The notes beneath the pieces were generated by a model. That model saw only the letters and a program-made list of their open reading frames with translations. It searched no databases and was not told where the DNA came from. Source: the human T2T-CHM13v2.0 reference genome, Homo sapiens. From it: DNA of 64,000 bases. Made by a program: the position numbers and the translations under genes. Positions within the stretch are counted from its first letter, which is position 1; each line of letters starts with the position of its first letter. Shown one piece after another: positions 1 to 13,816 of this stretch. The stretch lies in NCBI RefSeq assembly GCF_009914755.1, contig NC_060931.1. One strand, 5' to 3'.

Positions 1-789
1 TGGTGGTGATGGTGGTGTGTGTGTAAGCTGTGGACACAAAAATAAATACCTCCTATGGCCTTAAATTTCACAGTAAGGGAAAAAGAAGAATGCCGAATTC
101 CCCAGGGGATTGTCAGTGCCAGCATGCAGTCTAATTTGCATGATTTAAATGTTACAAGGTTCATTAATTAAAACTCTTAGGAGTAAAAAAAAAAGCAGAT
201 ACAAGAATTTTGTCGTACTGTAGCTGCTGCTGCTTGGAGAAGCCCCATTAATTGAATCAGGACAATGTGCCAAGCACAGTAACTGATGAAATCTTTACAC
301 AGCCCTAAGGTGGACAATATCATTCTCTTTACAGATGAACTGAGCCTCAGAGACAAGGTCCAGTCACCAGCCCTCAAACCAGGTACTGTCCACTATGCAC
401 TACTGTCTCTGGCTGGGAGAGAGTTTTAGGGTCAACAAACTGCCCTTATTTTCTTCTTTTCCATTTGATACTTTCTCTTCTTGTTTATATTTTTAAATAA
501 AAGTAATGCATACATATGGTGAAAAAATGTCAAACAACACAAAATCAAAAACTCCCTTATCACCCCTGTTAACATCTATTGTCAATAATTCTTAGCTTTA
601 GTTCTAACAACTTAAAAAATGCAAAACACACACACATAAGTTTCTAATTTACACAAAGTAATCTTATTCTGTACTGTTTTCTAAATTGCTTTCTTTCCTT
701 TTTAATATTTGAGATTTTTTTTCTTATCAGCACTATATAAAAACCTCAAATAGTTTCCTGTCACACTGAAAATAAAATCCAAAGTCCTT

Positions 790-1330
790 ACTTTGGCTAT
801 CACAATCTGATGCTAAAACTCAAAAAGATACTACAAGAAAGAAAAATTATAAGTCTGTGTCACTTACAAACATAGATGTAAAATTCTTAAACAAAAGAGT
901 AGTAAACCAAACCTAGCAATATGTAAAAGGGATAATACATCACAACCAAGTTGGGTTCATTCCAGGAATTGCAATGTTAATTTAACATTCAGAAATCTGT
1001 CTATGTAATCCACACATTAATAAAGGGAAAAAAACATGATCATCTTGTAGAGAAAGCCATTTGATAAAATTAAACACATTCATGATAAAAATAGGAATAG
1101 AAAAGAATTTCCCTAACTGATAAAGGGAAACTACAAAATCTATGGTGTTAGAGGTCAGGATAGTGGTTGTTTCTCCATAAAGGGCAAGAGGGGGACTTCT
1201 GGTAGTAATGGCTGTTTCTTGATTTGGTTGCCTGAGTGTCATTGCTTTGTGATAATTAAACTATACACATATGAGTTGTACACTTTAGAGTATGTGTATC
1301 ATACTTAATTTTAAAAGTTTGTAAAAAAAA
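790..1330 (+). mobile_element. Old L1 (L1M-type) fragments: degenerate ORF2 piece plus 3' end
   Basis: 'aaccaagttgggttcattccaggaat...aaagccatttgataaaatt' resembles L1 ORF2 (DQVGFIPG...KAFDKI), followed by an L1M-like 3' tail; boundaries approximate. Confidence 0.6.
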
Positions 1331-1390
1331 ATGGGGCAGCTGCTGTGGCTGCTTCTGCAAAATCTAAGCACTGGTCTATATGCTGCAGCC

Positions 1391-1808
1391 ATGTCCTACT
1401 GCCAGCAGGAAGGGAAGGATGGAATCATATTTGTGACCAAAGATGACCACAAAACTCCAAGCAATGTAGAGCTGGTGGCTGATGACCCCAACAATCCATA
1501 CACAGCATGGATTGATGCTGCCAAATGAAGACATTAACTGGAACTGCTCGTGCCCTGGGGGAATGGCCAGTGGCCCCTGTGGGGAACAGTTCAAGTTGGC
1601 CTTTTTCTGCTTCCACTATAGTGCAGAGGATCTCAAGGGGAAAGACTGTGTAGATGAATTCCGGGTCATGCAGGAATGCATGTAGAAACACCTGGACCTC
1701 TATCCCCAAGAGGATGAGGAGGAAGAAGAGGAGAAGTCAGCAGAACATATAGAAGAAACTGCTCCCACTGAGGCCACTGCAACCAAAGAAGAGGTGCGGA
1801 CAAGTTAA
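1391..1808 (+). pseudogene. Processed pseudogene of CHCHD4 (MIA40), coding part
   Basis: Intronless [20 protein letters not shown]...[39 protein letters not shown]...[13 protein letters not shown], then an acidic tail; frameshift near 1500, premature TAG at 1683-1685; putative 3' UTR runs to an A-tract at ~3760-3775. Confidence 0.9.
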
Positions 1809-1890
1809 TGAAGTCCACAAGGCACCGGGCTCCAGTCCTTCTACTACAGAGTGATACAGGCCTTTTGCACAGTGCCTTTCAGTCACCTCC

Positions 1891-3000
1891 TATTGGGAGA
1901 ACCCGCCCCCAATATTTGAAAGTAGGTTCTATTTTCCGTAAGTGTCGGCTGGCTGAGAAATAAACAGAAAGAGTACAAAGACAGGAATTTAACAACTGTG
2001 CCGCTGGGGGTGACATCACATATCTGTAGGACCATGATGCCCGTCTGAGCCTCAAACCAGCAAGTTTTTATTAAGGGTTTTAAAAAGGGGAGGGGGTGTA
2101 AGAACAGGGAGTATGTTCAAAGATCACATGCTTCAAAGGGCAAAAAGCAGAACTACTAATAAGGGTCTAACAAAGATCACAAGCAAAGGGCAAAAGCAGA
2201 ACTACTGATAAGGGTCCAACAAAGATCACAAGGCAAAGGGCAAAAGCAGAACTACTGATAAGGGTCCAACAAAGATCACAAGGCAAAGGACAAAAGCAGA
2301 ACTACTGATAAGGGTCTATGTTCAGCAGTGCATGTATTGTCTTGATAAACATCTTAAATAACAGAAAACAGGGTTCGAGAGCAGAGAACCAGTCTGACCA
2401 TAAATTTACCAGGGCAGAGTTTTTCCCCACCCTAGTAAGCCTGAGGGTACTGCAGAAGACCAGGGCGTATCTCAGTCCTTAACTCAACCGCATAAGACAG
2501 GCACTCCCACAGCGGCCATTTATAGATCTCTCCCCAGGAATGTGTTCCTTTCCCAGGGTATTAATATTAATATTCCTTGCTAGGAAAAGAATTTAGTGAT
2601 ATATCTCCTACTTGCACATCCGTTTATAGGCTCTCTGCAAGAAGAAAAATATGGATCTTTTCCTGACCCCGCAGGCAGTCAGACTTTATGGTTGTCTTCC
2701 CTTGTTCCCTAAAAATCGCTGTTATTCTGTTTCTTTTCAAAGTGCACTGATTTCATATTGTTCAAACACACATGCTTTACAATCAATTTGTACAGTTAAC
2801 ACAATTATCACAGTGGTCCTTAGGTGACGCACATCCTCAGTTTACGAAGACAACAGGATTAAGAGATTAAAGACAGGCATGAGAAATTATAAAAGTATTA
2901 TTTAGGAACTGATAAATGTCCATGAAATCTTCACAATTTATGTTCCTCTGCCACAGCTCCAGCCGGTCCCTCCGTTTGGGGTCCCTGAATTCCCACAACA
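1891..3000 (-). mobile_element. MER11-type (HERV-K11/HML-8) solo LTR
   Basis: Minus strand starts TGTTGTGGGAATTCAGGGACCCCAAACGGAGGGACCGGCTGG; ~1.1 kb; 6-bp TSD acctcc (1885-1890)/ccctcc (3001-3006). Confidence 0.8.
2119..2318. repeat. ~50-bp tandem repeat, 4 copies, inside the MER11 LTR
   Basis: Unit aaagatcacaaggcaaagggcaaaagcagaactactgataagggtccaac. Confidence 0.9.
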
Positions 3001-3923
3001 CCCTCCAAGAAAGTGTTATTCCCTCTGTTGTCCTGTGCACTGTAATGCACAAAATAACTTATTTTGATGATCAGGGTCTTGGCCTCTTGACATACACACT
3101 GAAAAAAATGGGAGTTGTGTTATGTGCGTCCTACATAAACATGTCAGCAAATGTGGCCACCACTTTTTAATTCTCTTTTCTCAGATTGCCCTGAATTTTG
3201 CCACTTTGAAGTAATGTGCTGAATAATCTCAGCAACCAAAAATGATTATCCAGGAATGATTCTTGTGAGCTCATTTACTCTGAGTTATTATATCCCTTTT
3301 AGTAGATTTTATACCCCTTTAGAAAATGTAAGAAGAATGAAAACATCTTCTTTTAAAAATGCTGGTGTGGGGCCATGCCTACTAGAAGAGGCCAGATGGT
3401 CAGATAGGTATTTCCCCAAACCCATCTTGACCTTGAGTATGTGAGGGGGTACTGTACTTCATTCCTGATACATTTTGGTTTCCATGTTGGCACTGAGCTC
3501 TTGGTTTTCTGTTTGGATGGTGGAGATTGGGGCCCTCCTATTCACAGTCCCTTTCTAAGTGAAGGGAAAGGCTGGTTTTTGCTGTTCCTTGTGATTCCAA
3601 AAACCCTGATTTGGGGCCCATGTTCAGGCTGGCTTTCACGCTGGCTCTCAGTCTGGTCAGATGCAATGTTCTTGAGAGGAGAGGACCTGACTGTTACCAT
3701 AGTAGCATCCAAGAGAGGAAACAGTGTGAATTAAGTACTCAAAAGGAAGCACGATTTCCAAAAAAAAAAAAAAAAGGACTTGCAAGGAGAAAAATGTAAA
3801 TCTTCCTAATGATCTAAGAAGATTAGAGGATACAGCAGCCAGGGACTGGGGAGCTGACAAGGACAGAGGATGAAGATGAGTGGGATGAGGAGGAGTTGAG
3901 AAGCCTGCTGTTGGGTGGTTATT

Positions 3924-4245
3924 CAGTTGGCCCTCCACAGCCATGGGTTCCACATCCACAAACTCAACCAACCACAGACCGAAAATATTCTCAAAAATAG
4001 ATAAATATATGAACAATATGACAATAATAATAAACCAATACAGTATAGGAACTATTTATATAGCATTTATTTCATATTTGGTATAAGTAATCTAGAGATG
4101 ATTTAAAGCACACAGGAGGGTGCGCATAGGTTATATGCAAATTCTATGCCATTTTATATAAGGGACTTGAGCATTTATGGATTGTGGATTTTGGTATCAT
4201 CGGGAGTCCTGGAATCAATCCTCCATGGATACTGAGGGACAACTG
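3924..4245 (-). mobile_element. MER2-like non-autonomous TcMar-Tigger DNA transposon
   Basis: Imperfect terminal inverted repeats cagttggccctc...gagggacaactg; internal sequence matches recalled MER2. Confidence 0.75.
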
Positions 4246-4460
4246 TACATGTGGATATTGACCTGATCCATGGCAGTGTCTTGTAGTGGAGAGGAAGCTG
4301 GTGAGTTATGGGCCAAAGTTTTCAGTGAATGAGAGGGAGTCACTTGCAGATGAGTTGCAAGGAGAGGTATATGTTCCCAAATGGAGAGACATTCAGGAGC
4401 ATGGAAATCAAGTGCCTAGATTTCCTCACACTGTAGGTGAGGAGAAACTTCCTCCTCACC

Positions 4461-4847
<387 letters not shown>

Positions 4848-6149
4848 TAAGAAAAATAAAGACCCATAGAAGTTACTAGGCCCGAAAGCTTATATGTCCT
4901 TTTAAACAAAAAATAATAAATTGCAGGGATGTGACAAGACAAAGGGGCTTGGGCTAAGGCTGGCAAATTGTGGGAAAGTGACGAAGAACCGTATGTAGAA
5001 AGTTAATGGAAAATATGGGTTACAAATTTTTGTAAGGTTTTGTTTGTAGATTCTTCTCAGTGGCAACTCTGCCTCTGGCAATAATATTCTCCTCTTCCTG
5101 GTACAGAAAGGGCACCTTTCACAAGGGAACTTTTATGTTCCGCTTCAAACAGAAAGAGGGTGGTCAGACAGCCTTCCCTGCATCTGTTTTTGCTCCATTG
5201 CCTCTGGCTCAGAAGAATCAGTATGCCAAAGTGGCATATTTTAGGATGGCAGGCTCTAAACACCTTCAGCATTGTTCTAAAGTGAGACAACACTCTTTAC
5301 CTAGTCTCCTCAGCCACTTTTACAGTTGGCCCTAATCCCCATAACAGTCCTGGAAACTTATTTTTACTGTTAAGGAAACTGAGATTTAGAGGGGAGGTGA
5401 CTGAGCCACAACCCACACCCCAGAGGGCTGTTCCAAAGCCCTCCTCGAAATTGGTGCCAAGGGCAGCAGCTATAATGACAGCCAGTCCACATAGAAGTGC
5501 CTCCGTTGATCACCAATTAACAGTAAAATCTGATAATATCTCATTCCAAGGTTGTTATAAGCACTAAATGTGGTTTTGTGACATAATAGGCGTTTGTTTC
5601 TCCCCACTGCTTCCCACCACAATATATTCATCAAGACCTTTCCAAGGATACTAAGTCTAGGAAACCCAGGATCATGAAGAGAGGGCATGTTCTTCCAAGT
5701 GAGGCTGAGGAGAGACTTGTCTGGCGAGGCCTGTACTGACTAGTGACATTAAAAGAGGCGATCTGACTTCTCATACTGCTCTTGTCCCAGGCCTGCTGTT
5801 TGTCAACTGCTGGGTCCTCAGAGCCAAAACTGTTTTCCAACAGTTTTGAATTGAATAACAGCCAGCTATTCGATTTTCTCCGCATTCTCTAATCGGTATA
5901 CTCTTCAGAGTCCACAGGATTTGCAACGATATTATCCAACGGCTGAAGAATGTGCGCTTGACATCTTAGGCTGTAAAATGTCTCAATTTCAATTTCTAAT
6001 ACATAGATGTCAGTGGATGGCATTTTCTGAACCCTTTGTCGATGTCCATAAACGGCATGCTCTGAATTCAACTAAACAAAAGTATAGACATGGGGGAGGT
6101 GTAGGGCGATGTCCAAAGTATAATTTTTAAGAGTGTAAAGGGTTCCTAA

Positions 6150-6465
<316 letters not shown>

Positions 6466-6625
6466 GATTGCCAGATTTAGCACATAAAAATACAGGACCC
6501 CCAGTTAAACGCCTCTCGGATAAACCATTATTGCATGGGATACACTCACGCTAAAAAAATTGTTCGTCGTTTACCTGAAAGTCACATTTAATTGGGCGTC
6601 CTGTATTTTACCCGGCAAATTCTAG
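6466..6625. mobile_element. MER53-like palindromic hAT MITE
   Basis: aaaatacaggacccccagttaaa ... tttaattgggcgtcctgtatttt form an inverted pair; resembles recalled MER53. Confidence 0.6.
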
Positions 6626-6649
6626 GCCTGAGACCAAAAAGTTTGAGAA

Positions 6650-7420
6650 ACCTGCCCCTAGGCGACAGCAAGCGGAACTGCAGCAAGCTCCCAGTAATTC
6701 CGGGTGCTGCACTTCCGGTCAGGCGGTCGGGCTGCGGGGCCCTGGGGCCAGCTCACCGCCGGAAGTCTCCGCGTCCCCCCCACCCCGGCCAGATCCCTTT
6801 CCCAGTCCTGCTTCCCAGTGCCTCGGGCCAGGGAATCCTGGCCTCCGCCTGCGGAGCCGGCGGAACCCGCTTCCCGCCTCCACGGGGCAGCGCCAGCGGC
6901 CTGGTCCTTTCACCGGCAGCTCCGTGCCGACGCTCTCACCGCTCTTCCTATCGCCGGGAGTGGCGGGCCGACCAGGGGGCGGCCGGGCTACCGTCCGCCA
7001 TTCCCGTGTCTCTGCGCCCGCGGGGGCCGCCCGAGCCGGCCACCATGCCGCTGGGCCTGAAGCCCACCTGCAGCGTATGCAAGACCACGTCGTCCTCCAT
7101 GTGGAAGAAGGGAGCGCAGGGGGAGATCCTCTGCCATCATTGCACTGGCCGGGGCGGCGCGGGCAGCGGGGGCGCAGGCTCGGGGGCGGCTGGAGGGACT
7201 GGGGGCAGCGGCGGCGGCGGCTTCGGCGCGGCGACCTTCGCCAGCACCTCCGCCACCCCTCCGCAGAGCAACGGGGGCGGGGGCGGCAAGCAGGTGAGCT
7301 CCTCCGGCCCCTCCCGCCGGCGGAGGCCGACCAGGTGCTAGGCGGGCGGGGACGGGCTGGCTGGGAGCGGGCGGGCGCGGGCTTCCCCGATCGCCGTGCT
7401 CCTGCTGGCTGGAACGCCCC
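6650..7420 (+). promoter_or_regulatory. CpG-island promoter of GATAD1 with ETS/GABP motifs
   Basis: Very GC- and CpG-rich; ACTTCCGG at 6711-6718 and CCGGAAGT at 6759-6766; GC boxes; no TATA box. Confidence 0.85.
7045..7293 (+). CDS. GATAD1: GATAD1 coding exon 1 (GATA-type zinc finger, Gly-rich linker)
   Basis: Kozak gccaccATG; MPLGLKPTCSVC-X17-CHHC; donor CAG|GTGAG; 249 nt. Confidence 0.97.
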
Positions 7421-8066
7421 TCCCCACCTCCTACTGAGATCTTTCGTTTGGCCCATTCCGAAGCACCTGTTATTGTAAGAAATTCAAAGCAATAAGAACC
7501 AAGATGTAAAGCCCTTAAGAAAATCTCAATATACACATGTCTACACAGTCGTATACAGTGTCATGCCACAAATGCAGGCGCTGGACCTCATTCCTTGTTA
7601 AAGGTTTTGTCATATCAGGTTATGAAGTAAGATTATTATGTCATTATTGTAAATGGCAGCTTAAGTATTCCGTTGCAGGGGGCGCCATAACCTACTACGT
7701 TCTCTGGCCTTAGGGAGTAAAGTTGTTAAGTGTTTTTCTCTATTGTAGACACAACAAATGAATAGTGTTTGTCTTGGTCAAGACTGACTCCTACTCCCGC
7801 CTCCTGCCCTATTACAAGCAGCTCACACCTTTTGGAGGCTCTGGAGACGCCTGTCCAGCGAGCTCCGAGATTCCGGGTGCTGAACTTCCGGTTTTACTTA
7901 GCCTAGTTGCTGTAATTACTTCTCTTGAAAAGCAAAAGGGCAATCTTAATTGTTAAATGCTCTTATAAAGTACATACTCTGGGATCCTTGTAAGATGATT
8001 GTACTGCAACCTTTATGCACTTTTTACTTCTTTCTCTTTTTGTTCTTTAATTTGTTTGTGTAACAG

Positions 8067-8192
8067 AGTAAGCAGGAAATTCACAGGAGGTCTGCTCGGC
8101 TCAGAAACACTAAATACAAATCTGCTCCGGCTGCTGAAAAGAAAGTCTCCACCAAAGGAAAAGGGAGAAGACATATATTTAAATTGAAAAAT
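8067..8192 (+). CDS. GATAD1: GATAD1 exon 2
   Basis: aacag|AGT; SKQEIHRRSARLRNTKYKSAPAAEKKVSTKGKGRRHIFKLKN; AAT|gtaag; Ser102 codon TCT at 8121-8123. Confidence 0.95.
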
Positions 8193-8990
8193 GTAAGATA
8201 TTTGTGGACAGTGCCTTTTACTGTAATGACGTTGTGTGTATCCTGCCACTGCCTTCATTTCTCACCATTGAACTTGGACTCTGCCCTTGGTAGCCCTTCC
8301 TTAGTATTCTGGGGAATGGTCCAGATTCCCCAAAAGGGAATGAGCTCTGTTGCAGGAGGCTCACTGTTTATAAAGTTAATAATACTCTTTCCTGTTTGTT
8401 TTTTAGCTTTTATTTTTTCCCCTGGAAAATATAAAATATGGGTTTAAAAGAAACATCAACCTTGAGCCCATTTTTTGGGGTTCTCTATGGAAAGGAAGAG
8501 GAGAGATTATGGTTCTTGATATGGCCAGGTACACTAAGAAAACTTTTTTTTTTCATTCTTTAAAAATCTAAGTAAATATTAACACTAGAACTCATCATTT
8601 GCATATTTATTTGTTATTAAAGCCCCAGAAAATGTATCTTACTGACTTATGATGATGATGTATTTGATGAATATGAGTCAAAAATTTTGCTAAGCCTTAT
8701 CTCCTCTTCTGCTCTAAGAAAAGAGATTGTTGAAAGACCTGTGCTGGAAGTAGTTGAAAGCATATTTTTATTGCAATTAAATTCTCAGTTTTTATAAACA
8801 AGGGATAATGTTCAAACACAGTGGACAGTGCATTATGGACTATTTTTTTAAGTCTCAGTATGATATTCTTTTCTTTCAGAACAGGAATGTTTCACTTACC
8901 CGTAAAGACGTTTCTGAAGTTGGCCATATTTATTTCTAAAACACAAAGGGACCCTGCAGTAGACTTATGCAGATGGCAGACTATTTTCTT

Positions 8991-9225
8991 TTTTTTTTTT
9001 TAATTTAATTTAATGAATTTTTTTTAATTTTACTTTAAGTTCTGGGATACATGTGCAGAATGTGCAGGTTTGTTACATAGGTATACGTGCCATGGTGGTT
9101 TGCTGCACCTATCAACCCATCATCTAGGTTTTAAGCCCCGCATGCATTAGATATTTGTCCTAATGCTCTCCCTCCCCTTGGCCCCCATCTCCGACAGGCC
9201 CCAGTGTGTGATGTTCCCTTCCCCA
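8991..9225 (-). mobile_element. 5'-truncated L1PA 3' end
   Basis: Poly-T then ttactttaagttctgggatacatgtgcagaatgtgcagg; flanking repeat tattttctt on both sides. Confidence 0.85.
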
Positions 9226-10015
9226 AAGTATTTTCTTATTCAGACTAGTTGCTTCTAATTTATTTAAGATTTTTATAGTTAAGTGAGGCATTTGTTGATT
9301 ACACAAAACATGTTATTGATATTTGTATCACATATGCACATTTTTTTCCTTTTAAGTATGGTATACCGTGTTCTCAGCAATTATTTCATTATCGTTTCTC
9401 TGCAACCTTTCTTCAATGGTACTAAGCAAGACACATCTGGGGAGGCCTACTTTCTATGTTGTGGCATAAAAGTATGTATTGAAGCTTTAGTAGAGATCTC
9501 AAAAATGGTTGGATGGTAGCAAATTACTAAGAACTCTCAAAGTTTCTAAAGCCTTAGTTTCAGCTTGCTAGAAAACCTATGTTGAGTATTATGGCTAGTT
9601 CCATAGTTGAGTTGGGAAATGTCTTTGAGGAGACACTTTTTCACTTTGTATTCATCTGTACATTTTCTGTTACTTGCATTCTGTCATGCTCAGGCTATTA
9701 GAGCAGGTACATTTTTATAACTGGAATGTTTATGTGTAGTGAAGCTCTGAGAGGACTTTGCATTAGATCTCAGCAGCATAATCAGAAGGTTGTCCTTTGT
9801 CTCAGCAATTTTTAAGCTAATAGTAGCAGAAATTGCAGTGGAAATAGACTGCTTTGCCACAACATTCAGAAAATCATTTATCTTTTTATTGCAGTTCTTG
9901 TCACCAAACAATACATTTTAGTACTTCTCAAATTGCAGAACTCTCATAGGGCTGGGAAAATGCCTGTAGACACATACATACTATGAATGTGCTAATGTTT
10001 TTTGTATTTTCATAG

Positions 10016-10075
10016 CCCATCAAAGCTCCTGAGTCAGTTTCCACTATAATCACTGCAGAATCAATCTTCTACAAG
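10016..10075 (+). CDS. GATAD1: GATAD1 exon 3
   Basis: catag|CCC; PIKAPESVSTIITAESIFYK; AAG|gtaag; 60 nt. Confidence 0.95.
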
Positions 10076-11069
10076 GTAAGCTTTTGTAGAGTTACTGAAG
10101 GAAGAGTTGGGCCTAGTGGGTAATGTGCCACTAAAATGTTGGATTAGTCTAAAGGTCTCTGCTACTCTTTATTTGTATAAGGTGTGATTATACTTTTTGT
10201 TCCCTTCTTAGCTGTTTTCCCCCATAAGTGGCTGTTATTAAAACATCTCATCTAGAGCTGAAGTGGGAGGAGAAAGTGCCTACTGACACATGATGTGAGG
10301 ATCTTAAGTATTTTTTTTTAGTGTAGATTGTAGGAATTATTCTTAAAATGCTGATTGTATAGTGTGGAGCCATGGAAGACTGAGCCGTTAGTGCGATGGC
10401 ATTGAAGAATGAGAAGGACAGAGACAGGATTTGGACTAGTAGAGGTTGTCGACTGTGGTGTCAAATGGGTAGAGTAGGCCCAGAGATTCTAAAATGCCTT
10501 TAAGTGGAGTTGAGCTGAGTAAGGGCAGTAGTGAGGATTAACACCTACTAGAAATTCATAGTGAGAGGAATTCCAAGATGTTTTGATAAAAGAATGAGGA
10601 GGTCAGGTTTCCCAGGGCCAAAGTCCATGAACATCTGATACCTCAGTGAGAGAAGTGACAGATTGTTGTGTTTAAACCAGAAGTCTTAGGAAAGGAATTA
10701 GAACATAGACCCCCAAGGCTCGGCAGGCCTGGCACGGCACAGGCAGCAACCATTGAAGGCTATTTGGTGTTTCGGGATCTGAACTGTCATTTAGGGGACA
10801 GTGGTGTGAGTTAGTACTTTATACTTGACCCAGGTGGACTGAGAAACTCAAGTGATGATGCCCTTAAGTATACTTTTTTTTAAGCCCACAATCTATATAG
10901 TCGAAGTCTGTTCCTCCCAACAGGGGTACACTGGCATTCCTCAGCAGGGCTGGGAAAAACCAACAACAAAAAAAGTCTGTACACAGGCAAACATCTCTCT
11001 TATTTTTCCAACATTTAATACATTGTTAATAAAATATCTAAAGTTTAGCAAACAGTTGCTGTGTATCAG

Positions 11070-11410
11070 TGGCTGAGCATTTTGCATGCTTTATTTCATT
11101 CAGTTCACTCTATGAGGTGGATACTACTATCCCCATTTTCTAGATGAGAACATTGAGGCACAGCGAGGTTAATTAACTTGTCCAAGATCACATAGCCAAC
11201 AAGTCATGGAGTGAGGCAGTCTCATGCCAGAGCTTAAGCCTAGAGCATAGTTCCTGGCTCTACAGCTTTAGCAAGTGACTGGCTATGTGACGAGGACCAA
11301 CCTCTCTAATGTCTCATCTGTAAAATAGGAATTGTAAATAGTTACTACCTCAGTGGGTCAAATGAAATCATATGTGTTAAGCACTTAGCAGAGTAAGCAC
11401 TCAATGAATA
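11070..11410. mobile_element. MIR fragments (two, opposite orientations)
   Basis: ccccattttctagatgagaacattgaggcacag core, then tctcatctgtaaaataggaat core. Confidence 0.65.
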
Positions 11411-13189
11411 GTAGGAGTTATCACATCTTCGTATTTGTGCATTACCTTCACAGTTTACAGATTAAGGCCAGAAGCAACTTGTTGAGCTACGGGTTTAGTG
11501 TACTAACAGTTTCCATGTGTGTCTCCATGGAAGGGTGTGTGGGACCTGTTATTGTGACTGTCTGTACTTTCGTATTGTTGTCTGCCACCCATGTTTATTA
11601 AATGATAAGGACAATAATGCAACAAAGTAGTCAAGTAATGTTGCAAATGCCCAGTATTGTAGTGGCTATCACAGCAGTGCCACTGGCAGGCAGCACCATG
11701 GTGGCAAGTTCAAGAGGTCACTGCCAGCCACTGAGCTAGAGCCCAGATCAGGCATGCAAGAGGAGCCTGAGTGGGAGCCACTGGGGATCACGGCCAAGAG
11801 TGTGACCACCCAAGACCCAGAATGGCTGAGTGGCCTCCCTGGAGCATGGCAGTGGCAGAACAACTCCATGAACTCAGATCTGGTGATGCCTAAACTAGTG
11901 CTGTTCTCGTGTGGACCCCTTTTCTCTACCAGAAACCTTGAATCCTCTCAGCAAATGAGGAGACTACTCAGATCAGTGACTTAGTCCTGTTTGGTGTTAT
12001 ATATGTGTACACAACACAGCACATATTAATAAATACCTACTATGTGCCAGGCACTGCCTACCACTGGAATCTTTCACTAAGACATTGTTTTTACTTTGCA
12101 TTTCTGCCTTTACACTATGAAAGTAGATGTTTTGGATTCATATTCATTCAGCATACATTTGAATATGCTGTGTTATGCATAGTAAGCCTATGATAAGCAA
12201 GTATTCTCATTTAGAATTTGGGAATATTGATTATACATGTGGACAAACAAACCATAAATGCAAACTATTTATATGATAAATAACTTTGGACTGATGGCTG
12301 GGAGGAAGGACCAGCTATTGATGGGTAGGAACTAGCAAGTAGCGGACTGTGGCCTGCATAGACCAGACCCATCCGTAGTGATCCAGATGAAACAGCCACC
12401 CTCAGACACTTGGATAAAGGGTCCACCAGGAAAAAACTCCTGGCCTATCAGGTGCTATGTTACAGTTCAGTTACTGGAAGTATTTCCTCAAAAGTGTTTT
12501 TATGGTTGAGGTACACATTCCTACAGCTTTACCTGCTGCCAAGTCCCTGTTTCAAGGGAAGCAGCAATGAATTACACTGTTCCCGTAGTCAAGGACAGTA
12601 TATCTTACCAAGAACTATACCCACTTAAGGAGGTGCTGGATGTCATAAAGATTTGGATCAACCATTATGGGTGTTCAGAGGAGAGATTATTTCCAGCTCA
12701 AGACCCAGGGAAGAGGACATAGGATGGATACCAGAGTCATAGGGAGGATTTAACACAGGACATGTACACATTAGTTAGTTGGGTATAAAGTGGAACAGAA
12801 ATGAATGAGACACAAAGCCTTGAATGCCAGAAATACTAGTAGTCCTGTTGTGGAAGGATATAAAACTCAACTGGGAGTGGAAGAGAAAGGCAGCAGTGAG
12901 TCTAGGAGATGTACAGTAGGTTGAGGTAAACATATCCTGAAGACTATAATCCAAAGATTATTTTTGGTTTGAATTTGTTTTGGTTTGAATTCATGGTATC
13001 TATTTTCTTTGAGTGGATGGTTGGGGAGGGTGGCATGTAGAATGCATTCTTACCAAATCAGCATGATTTTCAAGACAGTACAGAGAAAAGACTGCTGAGC
13101 TGATGTAGGAGCTTTGGCTGCAGTCTCTATGGCTTTCAGCAAGCCGTTTAACCTTACTACTGCTTCATGACTGTGGCTAACAAAGTAGG

Positions 13190-13530
13190 GATAGTACGGA
13201 GCACAGAGGATTTTTAGGGCGGTGAAACTATTAATACTCTCTTTGTATGATACTATAATGGTGGGTACATGTCATTATACATTTGCCCAACCCCACAGAA
13301 TACACAGCACCAAGAGTGAACCCTAATGTGAACTCTGGTCTTTGATGATGCTATGTCAGTGTACGTTCATCCGTGTAACAAGTGTACCACTCTAGTGGTG
13401 GGAGGGGTTATTGATAATAGGGGAGGATGTGCATGTGTGGGGGCAGGAAGTATATGGGAAATCTCTCTACTTCTGCTCAATTTTGCTGTAAACCTAAAAC
13501 CTCTGTAAAAAATAAAGTCTATTTTTTAAA
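13190..13530 (+). mobile_element. L1M (L1MC-like) 3' end
   Basis: tatgatactataatggtgg...aagagtgaaccctaatgtgaact...aataaagtcta. Confidence 0.7.
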
Positions 13531-13816
13531 AAGTGGGGATGGTATTACGGCAATATAAAATCAAAATACTTTATGAACAAATCTTTTCTCCAGATGTAAA
13601 CTGTCATATATGCACCCTCGTATGTGTATGTATAATTTTCATTCAAACGTGAAACAACTTTAGAATTGGCACCAAACATATAAACACTGATACATTAGAC
13701 TATCTCGAACACCTTTTACTGACCACTTTGAAAACTTGCTTACCTATTAAGGTTCATTCATAGCTGTGATGTTCTATTTTTATTTTCAATGTGGGATTAT
13801 CTTCTGTTTCCCCCAG

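Noticed and set aside
2119-2318. Regular ~50-bp repeat array resembling a CRISPR
   Set aside because: No unique spacers; it is a tandem repeat inside an LTR in a mammalian genome
6704-7536. Several long overlapping ORFs (118-245 aa) on both strands
   Set aside because: By-products of the GC-rich CpG island; only the GATAD1 frame has a recognisable domain, Kozak start and splice donor
11666-12720. Moderately GC-rich non-Alu stretches in GATAD1 intron 3 that might be a retrocopy or hidden exon
   Set aside because: No recognisable protein, poly-A tail, TSD or convincing splice sites; needs a BLAST search
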